Shown here: positions 1 through 8,923 of the stretch, one piece after another | Numbering within the stretch: position 1 is the stretch's first letter | Layout: each line of letters begins with the position of its first letter | NCBI GenBank assembly: GCA_027353395.1 | Contig: DAIEHU010000001.1 | Location: 1-33,217 of the forward strand | Direction of reading: 5' to 3' | DNA: 33,217 nt | Origin: Desulfobacteraceae bacterium | GTDB lineage: Bacteria; Desulfobacterota; Desulfobacteria; Desulfobacterales; Desulfosalsimonadaceae | Program-made: the position numbers and the translations under genes | The notes under the pieces: generated by a model | Seen by the model: the letters and a program-made list of their open reading frames with translations, nothing else | Database searches by the model: none | What the model was told of the DNA's origin: nothing

Positions 1-1636
1 GTTTTTTGCCGCCGGTGGGATATCGCAGGTCATTCAGGAAAGTCAGGGCGTCAATGGCGGCCTCGGTGTTTTTCGCATCTTTGGCGTGCGCGGTAATGGC
101 GCGGCATCCGGCCTGAATTTCGTCAAATCCCCAGCCCGGAACATGCTCCCGGACGAAATCAAATACGTTCCCTCCGCCGCCGGCATCAAAACCGCGCTTT
201 AAATCCGCCGCTATATCCGGCTCCAGGTCCGGCGCAATGGTTTTGGTGAAATCACAGGCTTCCGGGGTCATTGGCAGTTCCACCGGTTTCCCGAATTTAT
301 CCGTACAGGTCATTTCGAATCGCCCCGCAGCATCCGGCGTGAGGTTGAAAATAAACGCGCCGCCGTCGGTGTGACTGCCGCCCCTGGCGTTCCAGTACCG
401 GTCCGCCACCGGGCAGATGCGGGGGTCTTCCTGGGCTAGGCTTTCCAGGGTCGCGTCAATGGCCTGTTTTTCCGATGCGATCAGCCCCACCTGGACATCG
501 CCATCGAAAAACGCAAATACTTGGGGCCGCAGCATGGAGGTGTCCGTGATGCCGAGAAGCTGAAACGTATTCTGCTCCACAATATTGCGGGCGATGATGA
601 AAAACCAGGGGCCGTCCGGCGAGCCGTGGATGTGGGTGGCCTGGATGGCCCGGTAGATCCCCTGTTTTTCTTTGGAAAGATGATCAAAATCCAGCTCCGT
701 GGTGGGCGCCAGGGCCTCGATGATATATTCCAGGGGATAATGATAGGTCCGGTTGAGCAGGTCGAACATCAGGGCCGACACTTCGGTGTCCGTGATAAAC
801 TGCGGATAGATATGGCGCTGGAGAAGGTGTTCGGTGACGGAATGGTAGTTGGCGAAATCGCCGTTATGGACCAGCGCCATGTTGATTCCGGCAAACGGAT
901 GCGCGCCGCCGGGATGCCATACCCGGCCTTTGGTGGGAAACCGCTGGTGGGCGATCCAGGCGTGAGCGGCGAGTTCTTCAATTTTATAATATTTGACAAT
1001 CGCCTCCGCATATCCCACGACTTTCAAAATCATGATGTTTCTGCCGTGGGACAGGACAAAGGCTTTCTGATCCTTCAGGGATGCGTAATATTCCTGATTC
1101 AGCTTGAAACTGTTTTGATTGATAAATTCGTCTTCCGCTTCGCGCAAATCCAGATTTTGGAACTGATTTTCCTGAATAAAGACGGCCAGCGCCTCGGGTT
1201 TGACGCGGACAAAATAGCGCCACACATCCGGGGGCTTCACTTCATGACCCGGCACCGTGGTCCAGTCATCCACTGTATCAAGTCTGGCTGTTGATGCGAT
1301 ATCGAAAAAAGGGGAAATGTATTTTTCTTCAAGCTCTCCGCGGACAGCGGGATCCAGATACGCCACATGGATCATGTAGCATTCATCCAGGGTTTGCCTG
1401 TCGACTCCCAATTGTCCGGGAACCAGCCCCACCGCCGCGATGCCGCCGCCCTTGCCGTTGCCGCGGTTGTGCATCAGGCGGGACGGCTCGTATATGTGGC
1501 GGCCGGGAACCGGTTTCGTGCAGCAGAAGCCCACCACGCCGCAGCCGCCTTCTTCCGATGCTTTGGTGATGTCAGGATAGGGAAGCCCCGCCACAAGCCG
1601 CTGTCTGGATGCCAAAAGTTGCCGTATTCTATCCAT
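1..1636 (-). CDS. Class-II (Ntn-type) glutamine amidotransferase domain protein, similar to glutamate synthase large-subunit domain 1. The 3' end runs off the window.
   Basis: This gene is absent from the ORF track because it is open at the window edge. My minus-strand translation from ATG 1636 is uninterrupted down to nt 2: MDRIRQLLASRQRLVAGLPYPDITKASEEGGCGVVGFCC...AHQRFPTKGRVWHPGGAHPF...ALVHNGDFANY...ITDTEV...AIDALTFLNDLRYPTGGKK. The CG[VI]xG nucleophile block, the RFPT block and HNG[DE]xxN are Gn_AT_II hallmarks. The + ORF 521..1294 is its antisense shadow. Confidence 0.75.
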   Translation of the reverse strand, partial: MDRIRQLLASRQRLVAGLPYPDITKASEEGGCGVVGFCCTKPVPGRHIYEPSRLMHNRGNGKGGGIAAVGLVPGQLGVDRQTLDECYMIHVAYLDPAVRGELEEKYISPFFDIASTARLDTVDDWTTVPGHEVKPPDVWRYFVRVKPEALAVFIQENQFQNLDLREAEDEFINQNSFKLNQEYYASLKDQKAFVLSHGRNIMILKVVGYAEAIVKYYKIEELAAHAWIAHQRFPTKGRVWHPGGAHPFAGINMALVHNGDFANYHSVTEHLLQRHIYPQFITDTEVSALMFDLLNRTYHYPLEYIIEALAPTTELDFDHLSKEKQGIYRAIQATHIHGSPDGPWFFIIARNIVEQNTFQLLGITDTSMLRPQVFAFFDGDVQVGLIASEKQAIDATLESLAQEDPRICPVADRYWNARGGSHTDGGAFIFNLTPDAAGRFEMTCTDKFGKPVELPMTPEACDFTKTIAPDLEPDIAADLKRGFDAGGGGNVFDFVREHVPGWGFDEIQAGCRAITAHAKDAKNTEAAIDALTFLNDLRYPTGGKK

Positions 1637-1807
1637 TTGTTGTCTGCTCCACACAAATTGCGATAAAACCCTCATGCAATCGATCCGCATGATGCCGCCA
1701 CAAAAAAAACGCCTGTCCGTATAACACCGGAATAAGACGTTTTTGTCCGTACCTGAAATTATCCCAACACGCCGTTGTGTTCGGATTTGCTTTAATTAAG
1801 GGAGTTA

Positions 1808-1836
1808 TTTATAATTGTTCTTGTTTTACTTGTCAA
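1808..1836 (-). promoter_or_regulatory. Candidate sigma-70 promoter for the amidotransferase gene
   Basis: On the minus strand, TTGACA (1836..1831) is followed by a 17-nt spacer and TATAAA (1813..1808). The site lies in AT-rich intergenic DNA about 170 nt upstream of ATG 1636. Confidence 0.45.
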
Positions 1837-2013
1837 GAAATTCATTAAAAAATCAAATAGTTAGTTTGACTTAACCAAAATCTGGCAAAGTAATTCAGGC
1901 TAACTTTGACGATGGTGTCAGGCGGTGAGCGGGACTGTTAAAAAGAGTGGTTTCAGACAAACAGTCCTGACGGACTGTCTTTAAAATCGGCCGGGAAATA
2001 CCGTTTCCCGGCG

Positions 2014-2064
2014 CAGACAACAAAAGGCCGCCTCTTTTATAAAAAGGCGGCCTTTTGTTGTCTG
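2014..2064. terminator. Bidirectional intrinsic terminator hairpin
   Basis: A perfect 19-nt inverted repeat, CAGACAACAAAAGGCCGCC (2014-2032) / GGCGGCCTTTTGTTGTCTG (2046-2064). The GC core GGCCGCC/GGCGGCC is followed by TTTTGTTG on either strand. It lies 57 nt past the stop of 2121..3773. A second hairpin, CCGGGAAA-TACCG-TTTCCCGG, sits at 1991-2011. Confidence 0.6.
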
Positions 2065-2120
2065 TAAAAAATTATCCGTAGAACCGAATCGCGGCGACGC
2101 AGTCGCCGGGAACGAAATGA

Positions 2121-3773
2121 TTACCCGTTCAGTATTTTTTTCGCGCTTTCGTCATTGGCGTCCGCCATATGAACAATGCCGGTTTCCCGAGCGGTTTCGC
2201 GGTTTCCGGCGAACAGATCGGTGCGGGAAATTTGGGAAAGATTGAACTTTCTGGCACCGGCCATAAGCTGCTGAAGGCCGCAGGTCAGCTTGTCCGCCAT
2301 GGTGCAGAAAGCAATGGCGCCATAGGGAATGTTTTTCATTTCCTTTTTGCCGACTTTCTTCTGCACGTCAAAATAAGATGCGAAAATCTCTTCCGCGCTG
2401 TTGCCGAATTCGCTGACGGTTTTGGGCAGGCTGTCCCAGTTGCCGCAAACCTTTTCGCGTCTTTCCGGATGCAGGGCGCCTTCAATGTTGGAGCCCAGGA
2501 AGCCCGGAATCATGATGGCCCGGCCCATGCACACCAGTTTGGTATAGGGCGCGCCCAGGGCGATGGCTTTGAAAATATTGTCTTCCAGCGCAATGCCGCC
2601 GGCAAATGACATATCCACGACTCTTTCGCCCTTGGCCGCCAGAATGCTGGCGTATTCATGGGCTTTGGAGTGCAGCGTGATGGAAGGAACGCCCCAGCTC
2701 TGCATCATGTTCCAGGGGCTCATGCCTGTTCCGCCGCCGGCGCCGTCGATGGTGAGCAGGTCCATTTTCGCGTCCGTGGCGAATTTAATGGCCATGGCCA
2801 GTTCTTCCATGCCGTAGCATCCGGTTTTCAGGGTGATGCGTTTGAACCCGATTTTGCGCAGGTAATCCACGCTGTTCATGAAGTCTTCCCGCACCTGGGC
2901 GACCGTTGACAGATTGGTGTTGCCCAGACGGCTGTGACGGGCGAAAGACCGGATGGCGCCTTGCTTGAAGGCTTCCTGCACTTCCGGCAGTTCGGGGTTC
3001 GGATCCACCACATAGCCCCGGTTTTTCAAAAACTGCGCGTAATCCAGGCTGGTCACCTGAATTTCGCCGCCGATACCTTTTGCGCCCTGGCCCCATTTGA
3101 GTTCGATGATGCATTTGTCGCCGTATTTGTCCACCACGAATTCCGCAACCCCGTTTCGCGTGTCTTCCACATTGAGCTGAACGATGATGGCGCCGTAGCC
3201 ATCAAAATAGCGCAAATAGCCGTCGATGCGGCGTTCGAGTTCCGGCGCGCTTTTGATTTTGCCTTTTTTGGTTTTGCCCGCGCCGATTTTGGATTCCCGG
3301 TCAACACCCACCACGTTTTCGCCGATAACCACCGGAATGCCGCACAATGCGCCGCCGATGGCGAATGAATCCCAGTATTTGGCCGCGATAAAGGTGGATC
3401 CCAGCGCGCCGGTCATGAGCGGGATGCGGGATTTGGTTTTGACTTCCGTTCCGAATTCGGTTTCAAGGCTGACGTTGGGAAAAATGCAGTCGTCCGCTTC
3501 AGAGGTCAACCCCTGGGGTAACCCGTGAACGCCATATGCATAGCCCTGAATTCTTAAGGAATTATAGGAAACCCCCACATGGGTGGTGTTGTTGCCGCCA
3601 GCGGTTACAGTGCCGAAATCTCTGGGATAGAGCAGTTTGCGGCCCACGATGCTGGACATCCATGCTTCGCATTTGCCCATGCAATCGGACCGGCACAAGG
3701 TGCAAAGTCCGGATTCGGCGGCGTTGCCACGGTTTGTTGTTCCCAAGACATCATTGCTTTTTTGAAATCTCAT
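2121..3773 (-). CDS. Glutamate synthase-related FMN-binding protein (GltB domain-2 type) with an N-terminal Cys cluster
   Basis: The 550-aa ORF has a TIM-barrel Glu_synthase-type pattern (PLMTGALGS, IELKWGQGAKGIGGEI, IDGAGGGTGMSPW, GGIALEDNIFKAIALGA). It also has an N-terminal CTLCRSDCMGKC motif. Confidence 0.85.
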   Translation of the reverse strand: MRFQKSNDVLGTTNRGNAAESGLCTLCRSDCMGKCEAWMSSIVGRKLLYPRDFGTVTAGGNNTTHVGVSYNSLRIQGYAYGVHGLPQGLTSEADDCIFPNVSLETEFGTEVKTKSRIPLMTGALGSTFIAAKYWDSFAIGGALCGIPVVIGENVVGVDRESKIGAGKTKKGKIKSAPELERRIDGYLRYFDGYGAIIVQLNVEDTRNGVAEFVVDKYGDKCIIELKWGQGAKGIGGEIQVTSLDYAQFLKNRGYVVDPNPELPEVQEAFKQGAIRSFARHSRLGNTNLSTVAQVREDFMNSVDYLRKIGFKRITLKTGCYGMEELAMAIKFATDAKMDLLTIDGAGGGTGMSPWNMMQSWGVPSITLHSKAHEYASILAAKGERVVDMSFAGGIALEDNIFKAIALGAPYTKLVCMGRAIMIPGFLGSNIEGALHPERREKVCGNWDSLPKTVSEFGNSAEEIFASYFDVQKKVGKKEMKNIPYGAIAFCTMADKLTCGLQQLMAGARKFNLSQISRTDLFAGNRETARETGIVHMADANDESAKKILNG

Positions 3774-3879
3774 GCTGGTTTTCTCCTCAGTTTATTGTTG
3801 AATTATTTTGAACACATCATTGTATCCATAAGAAATTGTTTGAAAATTCCGTATAAGACCTGACATTTCAAACCGCCTC

Positions 3880-3931
3880 TAAAAAATAAAAAAGACGTCT
3901 TTCCGGTATGGTTTCCGGAAAAGACGTCTTT
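3880..3931 (-). terminator. Intrinsic terminator downstream of the YkgJ gene pair
   Basis: AAAGACGTCTTTCCGG (3891-3906) pairs with CCGGAAAAGACGTCTTT (3915-3931), giving about 16 bp with one bulge. On the minus strand the hairpin is followed by TTTATTTTTT (3890-3881). Confidence 0.55.
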
Positions 3932-4215
3932 GTCATTTTGGTGATCACGTCAGGTATTTATACGCCATTGTACAAACACCTTAACTTTTTTCCAATAAAA
4001 TTAGTTTCAATAATTTTTTTTGTCAAGGTAATTTGTTTAAAAAAAATACCTTGGATTTGACAGCGCGCACGGAAACGGATCGATGGATGACGTAGAAAAA
4101 CAAATGAATCGCCCGCGCTAATTGAGCGGGGAACTGACGGTGATCACGGAAGACCGCAAAACACTGCTTTATTCAAGAATTGCAGATAGATGGATTTAAA
4201 GGAGCCGCCAGAAAA

Positions 4216-5001
4216 TTACCTTTTGGGTTTGATTTCCGGTGTTTTGACCCCGAACAAAAACATTTTGATCCAGGCCATGCCCAGTTTGAACACGGCCACA
4301 TCGTCTGTTTTGATGCGTATGCGCAAGTTCGCCTCGATTTTATAGCGCTGCAAAAATGTGCTGTTCAGCACAAAATTCCTGAACGCATCCCCATTGTAAG
4401 CCGCCATAAACGCCATCCGGCCTTTCTTTCCCTCCGGGCCTTCCCCTCCGAACGGGTCCGCCTGGAACAGCCGCATCACGTTCGCCCAGGCTGTGGTCAT
4501 CTGGTTATAAAACGCCGCCTCCTGGTCCGCCTCCCAGGTTTTTAAGGTCCAGACCGCAGTTTCATGACGGCCCTCGCAAAACTCCGGGGGGCGGAAAAAA
4601 TGCACCAGTTGCGTGGTATTTTTTCCCGCATCAAAATAGAGACCATGCTCCACGGGAAATGCCCGGCAGGTATGGGGCCGGTCAGCATATACCCGGCAGC
4701 CGCTGTCCGTTAAAAAAGGACAGGTTTTTTCCGGGTCATCATTCATGCGCAGCAGGACATCCGGAAAATAATGGCCGGGCCGCAGGACGATATCCGTGTA
4801 ATGATCAATAAATGTATCGGACGGGATATTTAAATGCTGCTTTAACCTAATGATATCATATGGGTTTAAAAAAAAATTCAGGTTGCGGCAGCACTGGTTG
4901 AAACAAGCGGCTCCGGGATGGCACCGGAATGCAAAGGTGTCTCCATCCGGTATCAATTGGCCCCGGATTTCAGACAGGTTGTCGGTTTCGACACGTTTCA
5001 T
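4216..5001 (-). CDS. YkgJ-family (UPF0153) cysteine-cluster protein
   Basis: FRCHPGAACFNQCC ... CPFLTDSGCRVYADRPHTCRAFP matches the YkgJ-type Zn/Fe-chelating pattern. The ORF-track start at 5034 is a TTG. ATG 5001 (MKRVETDN) has AGGA about 10 nt upstream, so I use 5001. Confidence 0.75.
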   Translation of the reverse strand: MKRVETDNLSEIRGQLIPDGDTFAFRCHPGAACFNQCCRNLNFFLNPYDIIRLKQHLNIPSDTFIDHYTDIVLRPGHYFPDVLLRMNDDPEKTCPFLTDSGCRVYADRPHTCRAFPVEHGLYFDAGKNTTQLVHFFRPPEFCEGRHETAVWTLKTWEADQEAAFYNQMTTAWANVMRLFQADPFGGEGPEGKKGRMAFMAAYNGDAFRNFVLNSTFLQRYKIEANLRIRIKTDDVAVFKLGMAWIKMFLFGVKTPEIKPKR

Positions 5002-5611
5002 GACGATTTTTCCTGTTTTTTCCAGCAGCCGCAATCATTTGCGCCACCGTCATCTTCAATTTTTCCCGGATGCCGGCCTTTTCACGAACCCGGCCTTCCA
5101 GCGTCACCATGTCCTTGTAAAATGGGGTGCGGTCCAATACCATGCCGCCCGCCGCGGGCCCATGCTGAGATTCAAACGCAGCGCACCCCGGCCCTGAAAT
5201 CATCCTGCCGGAAGGATGCCGGAATTGATGGGGGACGCCGTGAAGCCGGCAGATCATGGGCCGGTAATTATAAAGGACGCACAGACCATCCATATTCAGC
5301 GGGCACATCACCCGCGAAATCTTTTCCGCCACAACTGCCTGATCAACCATTTCGTTGACGCGAGCCGCATGGACGGTGATTTGATCCTGTAATATTGTGG
5401 AAAGATTATAAAATCCTTTTATCAGGTACAAGTATTCCACCAGGGTGTGATGGAAAAACCGAGTCAGGCAGCAGTTCTCATCACACCCGGAACAGTGAAA
5501 CCCATGCGCATCCGCGATCCGCGAGTATGCCGCGTCCATTTGCGCATAGATTGACGGCGCTTCCGTCAGCTCATCCTTGCAATTTTCAAATAAATCAGGG
5601 AAGTGAAACAA
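4970..5611 (-). CDS. YkgJ-family (UPF0153) cysteine-cluster protein, paralogue of the downstream gene
   Basis: FHCSGCDENCC ... CPLNMDGLCVLYNYRPMICRLHG. Its 3' end overlaps the start of the next gene by 32 nt (65 nt if the TTG at 5034 is the start). Confidence 0.75.
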   Translation of the reverse strand: MFHFPDLFENCKDELTEAPSIYAQMDAAYSRIADAHGFHCSGCDENCCLTRFFHHTLVEYLYLIKGFYNLSTILQDQITVHAARVNEMVDQAVVAEKISRVMCPLNMDGLCVLYNYRPMICRLHGVPHQFRHPSGRMISGPGCAAFESQHGPAAGGMVLDRTPFYKDMVTLEGRVREKAGIREKLKMTVAQMIAAAGKNRKNRHETCRNRQPV

Positions 5612-5625
5612 AAAAGCGGGCTCCT

Positions 5626-6756
5626 TCAGACCAGAGAGGCGGGCACAAATAGTTCGTGGTAGAGGTTTAAAATATAGCGGTCCGTGACGCTGGCGATAAA
5701 ATCGCAGATAATCCGTTCAACCGGTGTTCCCGGCGCGTAAAGGACATCGATTTCCATGCTCTTCAAGCGGTTGCCCAAATCCTCAGGATGATTCAGAAAA
5801 TAAGTATAAATCTCAGAAATCATTTTTTTTGCTTTGATGAATTCATCATGGACCCGTTTCGACCGGTACACATGCTCATAAAGGAATTCTCTTAAAGCGC
5901 TCATGGCCGCAAACACCGGTTCGCTCAATTGAAGATCCATTGAATTTTCTGTCGCCATACTGGAAAAAACCACGTCCCGGATCATGGTGGTGGCGCGCTG
6001 GGAATGGGTGTCGCCCAAGATTCCGGAACAGGATCTGGGAATCTGGTCCCGGGTGATCACCTTGCTGCGGATGGCGTCATCCAGATCATGGTTGAGGTAG
6101 GCGATCAGATCGGCGATGCGGACGACCCGGCCTTCAAGGGTGCAGGCCTTCTCCTTGGCGTCCGTGGGCAGAATGGGACCGAACCCCTTGGAGTGCTTGA
6201 TGATGCCGTCGCGGACCTCATGGGTCAGATTCAGTCCCTTCCCATTTCGTTCTAAAATGTCCACGACTCGCAAGCTCTGGATATTATGTGAAAAATCCGG
6301 AGAAAAAATTTCCTTGAGCGCTGTTTCCCCGCTATGGCCAAACGGCGTATGTCCCAGATCATGACCCAGAGCGATGGCCTCGGTCAGATCCTCATTTAAC
6401 CGCATGGCCCGGCTGATGGTGCGGGCCACCTCCGCCACTTCCAGGGTATGGGTCAGGCGCGTGCGGTAATGATCTCCCAGGGGCGATAAAAATACCTGGG
6501 TTTTGTGTTTTAACCGTCTGAAAGCGTTTGAGTAGACAATCCGGTCCCTGTCCTGCTGATACACGGTCCGAATGGGGCAGGGCTCTTCTTTAATCGCCCG
6601 GCCTCTGGAATTGGCGGACAGCATGCCGCAGGGAGAGATAAATGAGGCTTCCCGCCGTTCAAACTCTTCCCGGACTGAAACCGCGGCTGCCTGTCCGATG
6701 GAAGAACGTTCCTGATCGATATTTTTCCGTTGGTGCATATATAGTGAAAATCCCAT
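5626..6756 (-). CDS. dgt: dGTP triphosphohydrolase-like HD-domain protein
   Basis: The 376-aa ORF has HTLEVAEVAR, LGHDLGHTPFGHSGE and DLDD motifs. Size and layout are typical of dGTPase-like HD hydrolases. Confidence 0.85.
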   Translation of the reverse strand: MGFSLYMHQRKNIDQERSSIGQAAAVSVREEFERREASFISPCGMLSANSRGRAIKEEPCPIRTVYQQDRDRIVYSNAFRRLKHKTQVFLSPLGDHYRTRLTHTLEVAEVARTISRAMRLNEDLTEAIALGHDLGHTPFGHSGETALKEIFSPDFSHNIQSLRVVDILERNGKGLNLTHEVRDGIIKHSKGFGPILPTDAKEKACTLEGRVVRIADLIAYLNHDLDDAIRSKVITRDQIPRSCSGILGDTHSQRATTMIRDVVFSSMATENSMDLQLSEPVFAAMSALREFLYEHVYRSKRVHDEFIKAKKMISEIYTYFLNHPEDLGNRLKSMEIDVLYAPGTPVERIICDFIASVTDRYILNLYHELFVPASLV

Positions 6757-6843
6757 CTGGGGGTTGCCGGAATTAAAACCCCAAAGCTATTGCAAAAATA
6801 TATCCACAGGAAACCGGAAATGTAAAGCATAAACTCCGCAGGC

Positions 6844-7938
6844 TCACCGGAACAGGTTCAGGTTGGGCCGGGCCAGAGGTTCCGGCGATGCATTAAAGAA
6901 CATGTTGATTTCATGGGCTATTTCCACAAAGTCGGCCGCCCGGAACATCCGGTTGAAAAACGCATGGCCGAACTGGAACAGGGCGGCAGGGTAAAGCGCC
7001 AGCTTTTTAAATTTCCGGATGTCCGTGGGGGGGGCAAAATGATCCGAGAGCAAATCCATCATCTGAAGAAGGCTTTCTCTGTGGGTATTCAGGTCAGGCT
7101 CCAATTTACCGCTCCAGTGGGCGAAAACCCAGGGTTTCGCTACAGCGATGCGGCCTAAAGAAATCCCGTCGCAGCCGGTGATCTCAAGCATTTTTTCACA
7201 ATCATCCATTGTAAAGACCTCGCCGTTGCCGAATACCGGAATGGACACCGCCTGTTTTATATGATGGATATATTCCCGTTTCGGGGGCCGGGAACGCCGG
7301 TCCGGGGCCACCCTGGGATGAAAGGTGAGGGCGTCCGCGCCCGCGTCCTCAAACCGCCTGGCCAGGTCTACCGCAGGCCCGATCCGGTCCTCCCATCCGG
7401 TACGGAATTTCACCGTTACGGGAATGGACACCGCTCTCCGGATTTCCCGGACAATGGACACGGCCAGGTCCGGCGTTTTGAGCAAGGCGGCCCCGCAATT
7501 TTTTTTGCAGATGGGGGCCACGGAACACCCGAAATTGAGATCCACGCCGAAAAAACCCTCGGCTTCCACCCGCCGGGCCGCCGGAACCATGGTTTCCGGG
7601 TCAGACCCGAAAATCTGACAGCACAATCGGGGCAATTCCGCATCCCGCCATTTGAACACATTGGACACATGGCGGTTTTCAACAGGCAGGGCCTTTGCGC
7701 TGCACATTTCGGTCGCAAGCAGGCCGCATCCGCCATACCGGTCCACCAGTTCCCGGAACGCCACATGGGTCAGTCCGCTCATGGGTGCCAGAATGAGCCG
7801 GGTGGGGATTTCGCGATTGCCGATGGCAAGGGGCGTATTGATGAATTGTCGGGTGGTTTCTTTCATGATGGGCTTATATTCGATTTTTGACGCAACCGCA
7901 AGCTCCGGAATCCAGCGCGGAACAGGAACATTTTTCAT
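6844..7938 (-). CDS. tRNA-dihydrouridine synthase (Dus family)
   Basis: LAPMSGLTHVAFRELV, DLNFGCSVAPICKKNCGAALL (catalytic Cys block) and VTVKFRTGW. The start is uncertain: an internal Met (MKETTRQF) at about 7866 is also possible. Confidence 0.85.
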   Translation of the reverse strand: MKNVPVPRWIPELAVASKIEYKPIMKETTRQFINTPLAIGNREIPTRLILAPMSGLTHVAFRELVDRYGGCGLLATEMCSAKALPVENRHVSNVFKWRDAELPRLCCQIFGSDPETMVPAARRVEAEGFFGVDLNFGCSVAPICKKNCGAALLKTPDLAVSIVREIRRAVSIPVTVKFRTGWEDRIGPAVDLARRFEDAGADALTFHPRVAPDRRSRPPKREYIHHIKQAVSIPVFGNGEVFTMDDCEKMLEITGCDGISLGRIAVAKPWVFAHWSGKLEPDLNTHRESLLQMMDLLSDHFAPPTDIRKFKKLALYPAALFQFGHAFFNRMFRAADFVEIAHEINMFFNASPEPLARPNLNLFR

Positions 7939-8039
7939 CCTTTATTTTCCTGTTGAATGATGATATTTAATTGTTTTTAGTTCTTTTTAGTATGAACCGA
8001 TACTCATCGCCAAGCCTTCGGGCTTGCAAGGAGACCATC

Positions 8040-8861
8040 ATGAGCGAATACCAATTTTACATTGTTGAAAAAAAACCACCCGTCGCCTGGGTGTATTTAA
8101 ACCGTCCGGAGAAAAAAAACGCCATGAATCCGCCTGCCTGGAAGGAAATCGTCCCCATTTTTAAAGACCTGGACCAGGATCCGGATATCCGGGCGGTCAT
8201 TATCAGCGGCAAGGGTAATTGTTTCACCGCCGGTATTGACTTGATGGAAATGGCCATGGAACTTCCGGAATTGATGAATCCAGAGCAAAAAGGCGGCATC
8301 AAGTGGCGGCTTTTGAACAAGATATACCCGCTACAGGACACCATGAGCTGTATCGAATGGTGCCGGAAACCAGTGATCGCGGCTATTCATGGCCATTGCA
8401 TCGGCGCGGGACTGGACATGGCCACGGCCTGCGACATCCGGCTGTGCTCGGCGGATGCCGAATTCTCGTTAAAGGAAGCGGCGGTGGGCTTTGTGGCGGA
8501 TGTGGGCGTACTCCAGCGCATTCCCCATATTGTGGGCCAGGGTATTGCCCGGGAACTGGCGTATACGGCTAAACTGTTTGGCGCACAGCGGGCAAAGGAA
8601 ATACTCCTGGTCAACGAGGTGTTTGACGACCATGCAGCATTAATGAAAGGCGCTCATGATCTGGCCATGGGCATTGCGGAAAATCCGCCCCTTGCCGTGC
8701 AGGCTTCCAAGGATGTGCTGAAATTCGGCATTGGCAAATCCATTGACGAGGGATTAAAATATGTGGCATCCATCAGCACCAATATTATTCCGTCCAAAGA
8801 CCTGATGGAAGCTATTACCGCATTCAGCGAAAAACGCAAACCGGAATTTACCGGGGAGTAA
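8040..8861 (+). CDS. Enoyl-CoA hydratase/isomerase (crotonase) family protein, similar to delta3,5-delta2,4-dienoyl-CoA isomerase
   Basis: GKGNCFTAGIDL, GHCIGAGLDMATACDIRLCSADAEFSLKEAAVGFVADVGVLQRIP. ATG 8040 is preceded by AAGGAG (8028-8033). The ORF-track start at 7971 is an upstream alternative that I consider unlikely. Confidence 0.85.
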   Translation: MSEYQFYIVEKKPPVAWVYLNRPEKKNAMNPPAWKEIVPIFKDLDQDPDIRAVIISGKGNCFTAGIDLMEMAMELPELMNPEQKGGIKWRLLNKIYPLQDTMSCIEWCRKPVIAAIHGHCIGAGLDMATACDIRLCSADAEFSLKEAAVGFVADVGVLQRIPHIVGQGIARELAYTAKLFGAQRAKEILLVNEVFDDHAALMKGAHDLAMGIAENPPLAVQASKDVLKFGIGKSIDEGLKYVASISTNIIPSKDLMEAITAFSEKRKPEFTGE

Positions 8862-8923
8862 CCGTCATCAACCATTCCCCATCAACCATATATCTCAGTT
8901 CCCTTGGTTGCGCCCGCAATCTG

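Noticed and set aside
521-1294. A 257-aa plus-strand ORF, together with other ORFs at 1291..1666
   Set aside because: It has no recognisable motifs and its composition is skewed toward Gly, Asp, Arg and Phe. It lies exactly antisense to a strongly recognisable class-II amidotransferase frame that is open from 1636 to the window edge. I treat it as a shadow ORF.
1637-1800. A possible attenuator or riboswitch in the roughly 165-nt leader of the amidotransferase gene, with a direct repeat TACGGACA x2 and a T8 tract
   Set aside because: I could not fold a convincing GC-rich stem immediately 5' of the T-tract on the minus strand. I also found no resemblance to the glutamine riboswitch or any other known leader.
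6791-6806. A second sigma-54-like element on the minus strand (TGGATA-TATTT-TTGCA), 35 nt upstream of the dgt start
   Set aside because: Only the GG and TTGCA cores match. A match of this quality is expected about once by chance in this much sequence. A housekeeping dGTPase-like gene is also an unlikely sigma-54 target. I note it but do not call it.
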